64,000 nucleotides of DNA, taken from positions 8,370,001 to 8,434,000 of the forward strand of contig OZ024765.1 in assembly GCA_964016885.1 (NCBI GenBank). Direction: 5' to 3'. Below the pieces are notes generated by a model. The model saw only the letters and a list, made by a program, of their open reading frames with translations, ran no database searches and was not told the DNA's origin. Numbering within the stretch: position 1 is the stretch's first letter; each line of letters starts with the position of its first letter. The position numbers and the translations under genes are program-made. Below are positions 12,323-26,112 of the stretch, piece by piece. This stretch comes from Eledone cirrhosa. Taxonomy: Eukaryota.

Positions 12323-12660
12323 GAGGCACATGGCTTAGTGGTTAGAGCATTGGCCTTGCAATCGAAAGGTTGTGAGTTCAATTCTCAGACCGGGTGATGT
12401 GTTGTTTCCTTGAGCAAGAGACTTTATTCCACATTGCTCCAGTTTACTCAGCTGTAGAAATGAGATGATTGTGACTGGGGTCCCTATCATTCCATAACAA
12501 AGTGGTCGTGGGGGTGCCACGGCAAAAAAGCACCCAGCACTCACTGTAAATGAGGTTGGTGTTAGGAAGGGCATCCAGCTGTAGAAATCAAGCCAGAATC
12601 AGTTCCCGTCCCACCCTTGCAAGCAGGGAAAAAGCGGACGTAAAGTGAAATGATGATGAT
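12323..12660 (+). mobile_element. tRNA-derived SINE with CORE-like centre and RTE-derived tail
   Basis: A-box tggcttagtgg, B-box-like gagttcaattc, ccttgagcaagagacttt core; tail equals RTE 3' end; copies at 24681, 48443, 60077. Confidence 0.88.
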
Positions 12661-12772
12661 ACAGGGTCACCCCCCCAAAAAAAAATGTATACACACTTTA
12701 ATTACCTGTACAGGCAATATTTATTAGAATGCTGTTGAAATATGTATTACATTTTTGGGGGGACACCCTGTA
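12660..12772. mobile_element. Tc1/mariner-type MITE
   Basis: ta-cagggt...accctg-ta termini; related sequence at 11140-11220. Confidence 0.6.
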
Positions 12773-12849
12773 TTATATATGTGTGTGTGTATATATATTT
12801 TACGTCCATTCTGCCATACTAGCATGGGTTAGACGTGTTGTCCTGTTGT

Positions 12850-15415
12850 TATGAATTGAGAGAGAGACTGAGCATAAGAGGAATCAAAGGCTGTATGCAG
12901 GAGAGGCGGTTGCGTTGGTATGGACATGTGATGCGTATGAAGGATGACAGCTGCATAAAAAGGTGCAGATCACTAGAAGTCGATGGAAGCCTTGGAGTGG
13001 GGAGACCCAGGAAGACCTGGGATGAGGTGATAAAAGCCGACCATACCCAATTACACCTCTCAAAGGCGAAGACACAGGACCAAGACCTCTGGCGTAATGC
13101 AGTAATACAGAAGACCCGAGTTCCCACCGGTTTAAGCTGAAGCATATAGACAGTATGCCTTCACCTCCTCCCACTGTAAAGTGGTCATGTAGGTGTCACG
13201 ACAAAAAGTACCCAGTCCACACTGTTGAGTGGTCATGTAGGTGTCACGACAAAAAGTACCCAGCCCACACTGTTGAGTGGTCATGTAGGTGTCATTACAA
13301 AAAGCACTCAGTCCACACTGTTGAGTGGTCATGTAGGTGTCACGACAAAAAGTACCCAGCCCACACTGTTGAGTGGTCATGTAGGTGTCACTACAAAAAG
13401 CACCCAGTCCACACTGTTGAGTGGTCATGTAGGTGTCATTACAAAAAGCACTCAGTCCACACTGTTGAGTGGTCATGTAGGTGTCACGACAAAAAGCACC
13501 CAGTCCACACTGTAGAGTGGTTGTGTAGGTATCACTACAAAAAGCACCCAGTCCACACTGTTGAGTGGTTGTGTAGGTGTCACTACAAAAAGCACCCAGT
13601 CCACACTGTTGAGTGGTCATGTAGGTGTCATTACAAAAAGCACCCAGTCCACACTGTTGAGTGGTCATGTAGGTGTCATTACAAAAAGCACTCAGTCCAC
13701 ACTGTTGAGTGGTCATGTAGGTGTCACGACAAAAAGCACCCAGTCCACACTGTAGAGTGGTTGTGTAGGTATCACTACAAAAAGCACCCAGTCCACACTG
13801 TTGAGTGGTCATGTAGGTGTCACGACAAAAAGTACCCAGCCCACACTGTTGAGTGGTCATGTAGGTGTCATTACAAAAAGCACCCAGTCCACACTGTTGA
13901 GTGGTCATGTAGGTGTCATTACAAAAAGCACTCAGTCCACACTGTTGAGTGGTTCTGTAGGTGTCACGACAAAAAGCACCCAGTCCACACTGTAGAGTGG
14001 TTGTGTAGGTGTCACTACAAAAAGCACCCAGTCCACACTGTTGAGTGGTCATGTAGGTGTCATTACAAAAAGCACTCAGTCCACACTGTTGAGTGGTCAT
14101 GTAGGTGTCATTACAAAAAGCACCCAGTCCATACTGTAGAGTGGTTGTGTAGGTGTCATGACAAAAAGCACCCAGTCCACACTGTTGAGTGGTCATGTAG
14201 GTGTCATTACAAAAAGTACCCAGTCCACACTGTTGAGTGGTCATGTAGGTGTCACGACAAAAAGTACCCAGTCCACACTGTTGAGTGGTCATGTAGGTGT
14301 CACGACAAAAAGTACCCAGTCCACACTGTTGAGTGGTCATGTAGGTGTCATTACAAAAAGCACTCAGTCCACACTGTTGAGTGGTCATGTAGGTGTTATT
14401 ACAAAAAGCACCCAGTCCATACTGTAGAGTGGTTGTGTAGGTGTCACTACAAAAAGTACCCAGTCCACACTGTAGAGTGGTTGTGTAGGTGTCACTACAA
14501 AAAGCACCCAGTCCACACTGTAGAGTGGTTGTGTAGATGTCACTAGAAAAAGCACCCAGTCCACACTGTAGAGTGGTTGTGTAGGTGTCTACAAAAAAAG
14601 CACCCAGTCCACACTGTAGAGTGGTTGTGTAGATGTCACTAGAAAAAGCACCCAGTCCACACTGTAGAGTGGTTGTGTAGGTGTCTACAAAAAAAGCACC
14701 CTGTCCACACTGTAGAGTGGTCATGTAGGTGTCATTACAAAAAGCACCCTGTCCACACTGTTGAGTGGTCATGTAGGTGTCACTACAAAAAGCACCCTGT
14801 CCACACTGTTGAGTGGTCATGTAGGTGTCACTACAAAAAGCACCCTGTCCACACTGTTGAGTGGTCATGTAGGTGTCACTACAAAAAGCACCCAGTCCAC
14901 ACTGTTGAGTGGTCATGTAGGTGTCATTACAAAAAGTACCCAGTCCACACTGTTGAGTGGTCATGTAGGTGTCATTACAAAAAGCACCCAGTCCACACTG
15001 TTGAGTGGTCATGTAGGTGTCACTACAAAAAGCACCCTGTCCACACTGTAGAGTGGTCATGTAGGTGTCACTACAAAAAGCACCCAGTCCACACTGTTGA
15101 GTGGTCATGTAGGTGTCATTACAAAAAGCACCCAGTCCACACTGTTGAGTGGTCATGTAGGTGTCACTACAAAAAGCACCCTGTCCACACTGTAGAGTGG
15201 TTGTGTAGGTGTCACTACAAAAAGCACCCTGTCCACACTGTAGACTGGTTGGTGCTAGGAAGGGCATCCAGCTGTAGAAATCAAACCCAAATCAGTTCTG
15301 TATGAGCCAGACACGGTTACCTGACCTGGCATTGCTCACAGCAGGGCAACTCGTCTAACCCATGCTAGCTTGGAAGATTGGACATAAGACGGTGATGATG
15401 ATGATGATGATGATA
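12850..15415 (+). mobile_element. RTE LINE 3' end (family B) with an expanded minisatellite in its 3' UTR
   Basis: ELRERLSIRGIK...RRLRWYGHVMRMKDD ORF end, then the array, then the remaining 3' UTR and (GAT)n tail. Confidence 0.85.
13172..15243. repeat. 48-bp minisatellite (about 43 units)
   Basis: Unit cacactgttgagtggtcatgtaggtgtcactacaaaaagcacccagtc. Confidence 0.95.
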
Positions 15416-15431
15416 TATACATGTAATGATA

Positions 15432-15625
15432 ATAATAATTGTGTCTACGTTTTGGCACAAGGCCAGCAATTACCCCAGTGCATTACTGGTACTTTATTTT
15501 CTCGACCCCGTAAGGATGAAAGGCAATGTTAACCTCGGCGGGATTTGAACTCAGACCATAAAGGGACGTAACTCTAAGCTGCAAAGCATGGCGTCCGACC
15601 CTCTACCTATACTACCAATCCACTA
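15432..15625 (-). mobile_element. Second tRNA-derived SINE family, (ATT)n tail
   Basis: gagttcaaatcccgccgagg...gcctttcatccttacggggtcga; copies near 16945-17165, 28335-28515, 28645-28800, 49165-49335, 50480-50670, 51590-51705. Confidence 0.82.
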
Positions 15626-15756
15626 CACTTTAATGATAATAATAAGGGTTTCAACTGGAGAGGACTCCACCAGGTTTGAAAAAAATGTTCCCTAGAACTG
15701 CTCTATGTCAATACAGCAGTCCCTACAAGTCCCTCTGCAGTTAGAGAACCATATAT

Positions 15757-16560
15757 CATCATCATCATCATCATCATTTTACGTCCGCTTTTCCCTGCTT
15801 GCAAGGGTGGGACGTGTCTTATTCAGCACAGCATCTCTCCACTCGTCACGGTCCCTCGTCATCTCCACCGTGAGCTTCAATGATCTGAGGTCTGTTCTCA
15901 CCACCTCCGCCCATGTTTTTCGTGGTCTACCTCTACCACGTCTTCCTTCAACTGGCATTTCCTGGCACTTCTTCACCCATCGGTCATCCTCCATGCGCAT
16001 CACATGTCCATACCACCTCAGTCTCCTCTCCCGTACACTACATTCTATCCCTCTCAGACACAGTTTCTCTCTCAACACATTTATGCTGGGTCGTTCACGC
16101 ACATTTACACTGCACATCCAACGGAGCATGCTTGCCTCATTTCTCTCCAGCCGTCGCATATCCTCTGCGGTTGCTGCCCATGTCTCACTACCATGCAGCA
16201 TCGCGCTCCTCACACAGGCATCATACAACCAGCCTTTCGTACGCAGGGAGAAACCCTTCTTCGTCAACAGAGGAAGCAGCTCCCTAAACTTCTTCCAACC
16301 CGTCCTTATTCTAGATACTATGGCCTCGGAACACCCTCCTCCCATGCTAATCTGATCTCCTAGGTACCGGAAGCTATCCACCACTTCTATAGCGCCCTCT
16401 CGCATTTGAAAAATGTGTCTATCAGTGCGACTTCTACTGTCTAATTTCCCTGTACATCTACTGCATACCTATTTCTCCCTACCTGTTAGTTTGCCTGCTA
16501 TCCCGCTACATCTCTTGTGTACCCAGGACCTGCATTGTGTGCATTTTATAGAATTTATGC
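15757..16560 (-). mobile_element. RTE LINE 3' fragment (family A)
   Basis: VVDSFRYLGD...MLHGSETW...RRLRWYGHVMRM...GRGRPRKTW; ends [13 protein letters not shown] followed by (GAT)n. Confidence 0.92.
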
Positions 16561-16584
16561 CAGTTCCTAACAAACTTTCAAGTA

Positions 16585-16622
<38 letters not shown>

Positions 16623-17859
16623 TACTTGAAAGTTTGTTATTTTGATAATATACAGTGTACGACATGGTAAAATCTGACATGGCAACGCTTATACCTCTAA
16701 GACAACATCACTGGATCGAGATCTTTGGCGCTACGCAGTAATACAGAAGACCCGCCTTCCCTTACGTACGAAGTTAAACCTACAGTCAGTAGGCACCTCT
16801 TAACCAAACATACACCCCAGCCCACACACCCTACTCCAGCCTCCCACTACCACCAACACCACCCTTTCTCTGTAAAGTTATGTTGGTACCATAAAACATC
16901 CAGCCCACACTAAAGTGGTCGTGTAGGTGTCATGATACTGCCAATTCACCGCCCTATTACACCTATATTGTGGATTGACAGTATCGGTAGAGAGTGGGAC
17001 GCTATGCTTTGACGCATAGCGTTACGGCCCATGTCATTCTGAGTTCGAATCCCGCCAAAGTTAACTTTGCCTTTCATCCTTACGGGGTCGATAAAATAAA
17101 GTACCAGTAATGCACTGGGTAATTGCTGGCCTTGTGCCAAAAAGTAGAAACAATTATTACCAATAATAATATACCGTATTTGCCACATAAGACGTTCTTT
17201 CTTTTTTTAATGTGGTAGAGAGTATAAGATTTGCCTGCTATTTCTAGCAACTTCAATGACCACATAATTGGTTTGTAATTTTGTTTTGAAGTGTAAGGGT
17301 TTACACAACCATTTATGAATTTCTAAGAGATACGTTTACGATGAGATACACTTATTAAAAAAAAATATGGGTACCAAATAACCACGAGAGTTATGGTACA
17401 ATTAAAACAAAACGATAATATACAATCTCATTTAACATGTGCATTAAAAACTACACTAGCTGTTACAATTGTAATTAACGTGTAAGCAAAAGCTTAGATA
17501 TTAGGTTGACGAATGACATCAGATTGACGTCACATTCTTCTCCTTTCACTTCTGACAGACAATACCGTGGTAGGGCCGACACTCCTTTGATTTTTATTAT
17601 ATTTTGGCGTTTATAGACATTTTTATGGCCCACATCCAATATTCGTGGATTTGCACTCTTCGCATTCATAATTATTTAAAAGTTTGTTATTTTACCAATT
17701 TGTATATAATTATTTGAAAGTCCAATACTTTACTAAAATATATTAACCATCTTGCCAACAACAATCCTGAGCACCTTTTTGAATTCCATGTGTCTAACAC
17801 CTGTTGACATACTCTTTTATTCTTTCACCTGTTCCAGCCATCCGGCTGAGGCCATGCTG

Positions 17860-19065
17860 GGGCACCGGCCTTGACATGCCTACAAAGTCAGAAAACAGCA
17901 CAGCTCCCATGACTTTAGGAAACATTTTTTCACGCTCAGAGTTGCTGAAGCATAGAACAAACTACCTGCATCAGTTGTTAGCTGTCGAGACACTGCATCC
18001 TTTAAAACCTCCATGGAACAAACTACCTGCATCAGTTGTTAGCTGTCGAGACACTGCACCCTTTAAAACCTCCATGGAACAAACTCCCTGCATCAGTTGT
18101 TAGCTGTCGAGACACTGCATCCTTTAAAACCTCCATGGAACAAACTACCTGCATCAGTTGTTAGATGTCGAGACACTGCATCCTTTAAAACCTCCATGGA
18201 ACAAACTACCTGCATCAGTTGTTAGCTGTCGAGACACTGCGACCTTTAAAACCTCCATGGAACAAACTCCCTGCATCAGTTGTTAGCTGTCGGGACACTA
18301 CATCCTTTAAAACCTCCATGGAACAAACTCCCTGCATCAGTTGTTAGCTGTCGAGACACTGCATCCTTTAAAACCTCCATGGAACAAACTCCCTGCATCA
18401 ATTGTTAGCTGTCGAGACACTGCATCCTTTAAAACCTCCATGGAACAAACTCCCTGCATCAGTTGTTAGCTGTCGAGACACTGCATCCTTTAAAACCTCC
18501 ATGGAACAAACTCCCTGCATCAGTTGTTAGCTGTCGAGACACTACATCCTTTAAAACCTCCATGGAACAAACTCCCTGCATCAATTGTTAGCTGTCGAGA
18601 CACTGCATCCTTTAAAACCTCCATGGAACAAACTCCCTGCATCAGTTGTTAGCTGTCGAGACACTGCATCCTTTAAAACCTCCATGGAACAAACTCCCTG
18701 CATCAGTTGTTAGCTGTCGAGACACTACATCCTTTAAAACCTCCATGGAACAAACTCCCTGCATCAATTGTTAGCTGTCGAGACACTGCATCCTTTAAAA
18801 CCTCCATGGAACAAACTCCCTGCATCAGTTGTTAGCTGTCGAGACACTGCATCCTTTAAAACCTCTGTGTTTCCTGAAATTCACCAACACTATACCAGAT
18901 ATTCCTCCTCCATACACACGCACACATGTATCACTGTATTTCATGACTCATACACCGTTCACTTTCCTGACATTTGTACATTATTCTATGTACTATACAT
19001 GCACCTTTGACGAGTTGTAGTGCACCTGAGCACTGTACATAATAATTTTCCTTATTATTATTATT
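17860..19065 (+). mobile_element. CR1-like LINE 3' end with an internal 61-bp tandem expansion (about 17950-18865)
   Basis: Unit encodes WNKLPASVVSCRDTASFK, typical of CR1/L2 ORF2 C-termini. Confidence 0.7.
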
Positions 19066-19085
19066 ATATAATTATTTGTTGCCAG

Positions 19086-19182
19086 GTGAGACGTTTATTC
19101 CTGCTTCCAAAAGACCAGACGGTACCTGGAGAAAACCTCGACGTGTAAGAGATGGCTACATACCACAAGAAGAGATGCCAGT
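19086..19182 (+). CDS. PYM1: PYM1 coding exon 2 (Mago-binding domain)
   Basis: ccag|GT GAG...CCA GT|gtaagc; [32 protein letters not shown], the hallmark RPDGTWRK motif. Confidence 0.95.
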
Positions 19183-19284
19183 GTAAGCCTTCTAATAGTT
19201 CCACAATTTTGGGGGTTTTTACAGAAAATGTTAACCTTTGAATTTACCTTCTCCTCTTCCTCCTCCTTCTACTTATTCCTGAGA

Positions 19285-19835
19285 GAGAGTCGTAGGAGCA
19301 GAGTCCTCAAACACTCCCACCAGCAGGTCATGTCAGAATCAATCGTCTCCAACTGATCTGACTGGATCCCCAAGTGAGACCAGCCAAGCTCAAGGATCTA
19401 TTCCAACCATCTTGCTCAGGGTCTACCCTTGGGTCTCCCACCGATTGGTTTTGCCCGTAAAATCTGTCCAGTGATTCTTACCTGAGACATTCTAACCCCA
19501 TGTCCATAGTATCAGAGCTGTGATCTCTCAATTCAGAGAAGTAGCAGCTCTACCTGGAGTGACTCTCTGATCTCAGAGCTACAAATCTGTCCAGAGATTC
19601 TTTCCTGAGACATTCTAACCCCATGTCCATAGTATCAGAGCTGTGATCTCTCCAATTCAGAGAAGTAGCAGCTCTACCTGGAGTGACTCTCTGATCCCAG
19701 AGCTACAAATCTGTCCAGAGATTCTTTCCTGAGACATTCTAACCACATGACTGTAGTATCAGAGCTGAGATCTCTCAATCCAGAGATTCATTCCTGAGAC
19801 ATTCTAACCACATGGCTATAGTATCAGAGCTGTGA
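19285..19835 (-). mobile_element. Degenerate RTE 3' fragment with internal tandem duplications
   Basis: Minus strand reads LRYYGHGVRMS...GRPKGRP; gagacattctaacc block repeated four times. Confidence 0.6.
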
Positions 19836-19965
19836 AAAATATATATTGCCATGAAAAAGATATTTACGATTCTGCGAATATGCGGTGGTTTCTACGAACA
19901 ATTATTAGTTAGGTTCTAAAGAAAACGCTGTACTGCATCTGATCCCTTTTTTTTTTTTATTTCAG

Positions 19966-20746
19966 GTATGAAAGCAAAGGAATGCAGTGGTTAAACAGCC
20001 AACCCACGCTACCACCTGGCCTCAACCCAGCAGAAGTAGTCACTACCAAACCACTGAAGTCCTCTTCCAAAAAACAGAAGAAGAAAACGCAGTCGGAGAA
20101 GTCTTCCCCTTCGTCGTCCTCCTCCTCTCTCACTTCTTCCACGAAACATGCGAGGGAGGCGGACAACTCATCGGTGGAGTTTGTTGCTCGGAAGATAGAC
20201 GAGATGTCGTGCAATAGGGACTGTCGTCAGAAGAACGGTGGCAACCTAGGCTCCCAAGGGACTAAGGGATCAGGAGCTTCGCAAGGGGAGTTTAAGGTGG
20301 TGACATCGAAAAAGTCGAAATCTAAATCTACGACTACTGCTACTACTACTAACAGCAGCAACAACACTCTGGAGAACAACACTGCTCCCACCAGTGCAGA
20401 TAACTGCAAAGGGAGCGTGTCGTCTCAGAAAACAACCAAATCAAAGACAGCAAAGGCAAATCCTTCTTCTGCTCCCACCACCAACAACAAAAAGAACAAT
20501 AACAACAACAACAACAACAATAACAAAGCTGGTGGTACAGAGGAGGAGGGGGAAGGTGAAAGCCAGACGGAGCCTGGCAAACGACTGCGGAACCTCCGAA
20601 AGAAATTGAAACAAATTGAAGAGCTGGAAGCGAAGATCAAGGGCAAACAACTCTCGAATCCGAGCCAGGAACAGCGCGACAAGGTGACCCGGAAGAAAGC
20701 CGTGAAGGCGGAAATCAAAAAACTGGAGGCCATTGTTGATGAATGA
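19966..20746 (+). CDS. PYM1: PYM1 coding exon 3 (to stop); full protein about 309 aa
   Basis: ttcag|G TAT GAA AGC: YESKG...LPPGL...KRLRNLRKKLKQIEELEAKI...QEQRDKV, the conserved PYM C-terminal helices. Confidence 0.95.
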
Positions 20747-21354
20747 CTGAACTGAACTGACCTCACATGACCTGACCTTGCCTCACCTGACTTCACAACA
20801 CCTGACGACTTCACCTCACCACACCTGATGCCCTCACCTCACCTGACGACTTTATCTCACCTCACCTGATGATCTTACCTGCAAAATCCACCTCATCTCA
20901 CCTGATGACTTCACCTCAACTGACTTCACAACACCTGACAACCTCACCTGATGATCTTACCTGCAAAATCCACCTCATCTCATATGACTTCATTAGACCT
21001 CACCTTATTTCACCTTACCTGAAAAACCACCGTCTCACCTGACAGACTATCTCATCTCATTTCACTTCATCTGGTCTGACATTTCATTTTATTTTTTTAT
21101 TTTTACCTGGGGTGGGGGGTGAAGAAGAAAGTCAACATTGGTTCTGTTTGACAAAAAATTGCTCAACCTACGAACACCAACACCACCACCACCACTACCA
21201 ACATCAACAATACCTGTCCTATCATGAAAGAGACACACACCGCTGGACTGAACTGGTGCCCCTATCCTTAAAACACCTGAAAGACCTATAAGAAACAACC
21301 TTGTAGGAGGCTAGGTAAACCTATATAAATGTGAGCTGTGACAACAATGTGTTT

Positions 21355-22600
21355 GGACCGGGGTCCCTATCATTAAAACACCTGAGAAACTTCCTATGAG
21401 ATACAGCGTTGGAGACCAGGTAAACCTACAGCAATGTGGTAGAACTGGGGTTCCCTATCAGTAAAACACCTGAGAAACCTATGAGATACAACCTTGTAGG
21501 AGACCAGGTAAACCTACAGCAATGTGGTAGGACTGGGGTCCCTATCAGTAAAACACCTGAGAAACTTCCTATGAGATACAGCATTGGAGACCAGGTAAAC
21601 CTACAGCAATGTGGTAGGACTGGGGTCCTTATCAGTAAAACACCTGAGAAACCTATGAGATACAACCTTGTAGGAGACCAGGTAAACCTACAGCAATGTG
21701 GTAGAACTGGGGTCCCTATCAGTAAAACACCTGAGAAACCTATGAAATACAACCTTGTAGGAGACCAGGTAAACCTACAGCAATGTGGTAGGACTGGGGT
21801 CCCTATCAGTAAAACACCTGAGAAACGTATGAGATACAACCTTGTAGGAGACCAGGTAAACCTACAGCAATGTGGTAGAACTGGGGTCCCTATCAGTAAA
21901 ACACCTGAGAAACGTATGAGATACAACCTTGTAGGAGACCAGGTAAACCTACAGCAATGTGGTAGGACTGGGGTCCCAATCAGTAAAACACCTGAGAAAC
22001 CTATGAGATACAACCTTGTAGGAGACCAGGTAAACCTACAGCAATGTGGTAGGACTGGGGTCCCAATCAGTAAAACACCTGAGAAACCTATGAGATACAA
22101 CCTTGTAGGAGACCAGGTAAACCTACAGCAATGTGGTAGGACTGGGGTCCCAATCAGTAAAACACCTGAGAAACCTATGAGATACAACCTTGTAGGAGAC
22201 CAGGTAAACCTACAGCAATGTGGTAGGACTGGAGTCCCAATCAGTAAAACACCTGAGAAACCTATGAGATACAACCTTGTAGGAGACCAGGTAAACCTAC
22301 AGCAATGTGGTAGGACTGGGGTCCCTATCAGTAAAACACCTGAGAAACCTATGAGATACAGCGTTGGAGACCAGGTAAACCTACAGCAATGTGGTAGGAC
22401 TGGGGTCCCTATCAGTAAAACACCTGAGAAACCTATGAGATACAACCTTGTAGGAGACCAGGTAAACCTACAGCAATGTGGTAGGACTGGGGTCCCTATC
22501 AGTAAAACACCTGAGAAACGTATGAGATACAACCTTGTAGGAGACCAGGTAAACCTACAGCAATGTGGTAGGACTGGGGTCCCTATCAGTAAAACACCCT
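21355..22600. repeat. 87-bp minisatellite
   Basis: 29-aa periodicity in ORFs on both strands; unit contains gactggggtccctatca, also present in the SINE body. Confidence 0.92.
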
Positions 22601-23156
22601 AGGACACTTCTATCGCCTAGAAGGCCAACGAAAGCTCCGCAGGTGTGAGCTGTAACAACAATTTTATATTTTGGGCAGTAGATGTGGGTGGAAGGTAAAA
22701 CAAGCATGGCAGTGGACAAGTGCATTTGTGGGTGTGTGTGGATTAGGGAGGGGTTGGTTGGCAAGGGGACAAGACATTTCTTGTGTGTGTGTGAATTAGG
22801 GAGGGGTTGGTTGGCAAGGGGACAAGTGCATTTGTGGGTGTATGAATTGGTGAAGGGACAGCTACATTTACATGAGTGCATGTGAATTAAGGATGGTGTG
22901 GATCGGGAGGGGGTGGGCGATTTCTGTGTGTGTGAATTGGGGAGGGGATGGATGGCAAGGCATTTGTACAAATGTGTGTGTGTGTGAATTGGGCGGGGGA
23001 GGGTTACATGGACTTGAACTGTTTTATGATATGAAAAAAAAAAAACCAACAAAAATTTCATTCTTATACTACAGTCTATATTTGTGTTTTGTCTTCTTTA
23101 TTTAACCCTTTTGATACCAACTCAATCAAAAAAAAACATTTTAAAGGGCTCCAGTT

Positions 23157-24235
23157 TAACCCTTTAGCATTTACATTACTCTATATATACTATTGCATTT
23201 TCACAGTAAAGGCTTTACCTCACATAATATCTCACATAACATTTACATTACTCTATATATACTATTGTATTTTCACAGTAAAGGCTTTACCTCACATAAT
23301 ATCTCACATAACATTTACATTACTCTATATATACTATTGTATTTTCACAGTAAAGGCTTTACCTCACATAATATCTCACATAACATTTACATTACTCTAT
23401 ATATACTATTGCATTTTCACAGTAAAGGCTTTACCTCACATAATATCTCACACAACATTTACATTACTCTATATATACTATTGTATTTTCACAGTAAAGG
23501 CTTTACCTCACATAACATTTACATTACTCTATATATACTATTGTATTTTCACAGTAAAGGCTTTACCTCACATAATATCTCACATAACATTTACATTACT
23601 CTATATATACTATTGCATTTTCACAGTAAAGGCTTTACCTCACATATCTCACACAACATTTACATTACTCTATATATACTATTGTATTTTCACAGTAAAG
23701 GGTTTACCTCACATAATATCTCACATAACATTTACATTACTCTATATATACTATTGTATTTTCACAGTAAAGGCTTTACCTCACATAATATCTCACATAA
23801 CATTTACACTACTCTATATATACTATTATATTTTCACAGTAAAGGCTTTACCTCACATAATATCTCACATAACATTTACATTACTCTATATATACTATTG
23901 TATTTTCACAGTAAAGGCTTTACCTCACATAATACCTCACATAACATTTACATTACTCTATATATACTATTGCATTTTCACAGTAAAGGCTTTACCTCAC
24001 GTAATATCTCACATAACATTTACACTACTCTATATATACTATTGTATTTTCACAGTAAAGGCTTTACCTCACGTAATATCTCACATAACATTTACACTAC
24101 TCTATATATACTATTGTATTTTCACAGTAAAGGCTTTACCTCACGTAATATCTCACATAACATTTACACTACTCTATATATACTATTGTATTTTCACAGT
24201 AAAGGCTTTACCTCACGTAATATCTCACATAATAT
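23157..24235. repeat. 72-bp minisatellite (family A) beginning at TTAA-CCCTTT
   Basis: Reverse complement of the unit at 1-560; ttaaccctttagcatttac left end; aaagggttaa at 24481-24490. Confidence 0.92.
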
Positions 24236-24547
24236 TGAATCTATGAGATTTTGATATTATTTATTATACATCAGTATTTGATATTATTTTTATACATCAC
24301 TATGCGTGGCCAGTATGAACATCTTAAGGGGTTCCAGTTAAATCCCTCAAAATTCTTCATAAACTATTTTAATACCAACCCAACCAATTTGAATTAAAAT
24401 CTTCCAACATAATTTTAGTAAATCCCTCAAAATTCTTCCTTTAATTAAAATAACTGTATATTATTAGAAACATGGTAATGAAAGGGTTAAATTGTTTTCA
24501 TTTTTTTTTAACGAAATCTTATTTTCTTAATATCTTTTTGCCAGACT

Positions 24548-25010
<463 letters not shown>

Positions 25011-25427
25011 TGAATGAAATGAAATGAATATATGTATATGAAAACCAAACAATGCATTAGAAAAAAAATTAAATCGCTAAGATAACAAAAGATGCTAAAA
25101 TTTACATAGAAACTTACATTCACGCATATATATCAAATACTTTTCTGCAGACATTTCACAAAGCACATGTTGGAAATTTTATCGTCTTTTCATTCCATTT
25201 AACTTGAATCTTCCTTCCAAACAAGTCAACTCTGATCGATCCTTTAAGTCTCATCTAGGGATACTACCTTGATAAATGGTTTTTAAACCCAAAAATATTT
25301 GGGATCATTAAATTTGCTAAGGTAAGATTCTTTTGTTATCTTAGCAATTTAATTTTCTTTCAAAATTATTTAAATTTGTATTTCATATTCAACAATACTT
25401 CAAACAAGCTACAAAACTCCTATATAT

Positions 25428-25602
25428 ATTCCATATTTCCCGGTGCCGAAGATGCTTCATCCTCGAGGATGCACCCTAATTTTGACAAGCAAAAATTTGA
25501 AAAAAAAAAAAATAAACAATCTTCAGCCTCCAGGATGCATGGTAGATTTTTGAGACTTATTTTAGGAAAAAAGTAGTGTCTTTGATACCGTGAAGTACGG
25601 TA
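25428..25602. mobile_element. MITE (Tc1/mariner-pogo-like termini); related copy at 62880-63016
   Basis: Imperfect TIR ccatatttcccgg/ccgtgaagtacgg with TA flanks; shared gtgcaccctaattttgacaa-like core. Confidence 0.5.
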
Positions 25603-25621
25603 TATATATATATATATATAT

Positions 25622-26072
25622 TGAGTATATGTTGGTTGTATACCAACACCTCAGTATGCAGGCTGGAGCACTCGACGAAGTGCGCAGGTTGGTTTGGTTA
25701 CTCCGGAGTAATGTAAAATAAAGTTAGATAAAATTCAAATGTTTAAAATTTAGCTTTGTTTATTACTGCTATATATATTTCAGTGACAGCCATCTTTGGC
25801 TGTGACCTCTTCAGGCAGTCCGAATTAGTGTGGCATTATTAGTTTGTTTGAATTCATATGATTCCAGTTCCTCAGTGAAATAACAACCCAACCAGGAACT
25901 GGCGATATCAGAGTATTGACAATATTATACACCTCAACAACATATGTACTCGTCTCTACCACACTAATTTGGACTGCCTGAAGAGGTCACAGCCAAAGAT
26001 GGCTGTCACTGAAATATATATAGCAGTAATAAACGAAGCTAAATTTTAAACATTTGGCTTTTTATCTAACTT

Positions 26073-26080
<8 letters not shown>
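25622..26080. mobile_element. Inverted-repeat element (arms about 25714-25832 and 25959-26079) within (TA)n
   Basis: Arms are reverse complements and each carries a hammerhead motif. Confidence 0.78.
25973..26027 (+). ncRNA. Minimal type-I hammerhead ribozyme motif (mirror copy at 25765-25819, minus)
   Basis: actgc-CTGAAGA-ggtcacagcca/tggctgtcact-GAAA-TATATA-TA-gcagt. Confidence 0.78.

Positions 26081-26112
<32 letters not shown>

Noticed and set aside
12323-12395. tRNA-like sequence
   Set aside because: SINE head: imperfect cloverleaf, continues into CORE-like and RTE tail, multiple copies
13132-15305. Long Cys-rich ORFs (711, 463 and 210 aa)
   Set aside because: Translations of a 48-bp minisatellite inside an RTE 3' UTR; open on both strands
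21426-24254. 350-390-aa repetitive ORFs
   Set aside because: Products of the 87-bp and 72-bp tandem repeats; no unique coding flanks or splice context
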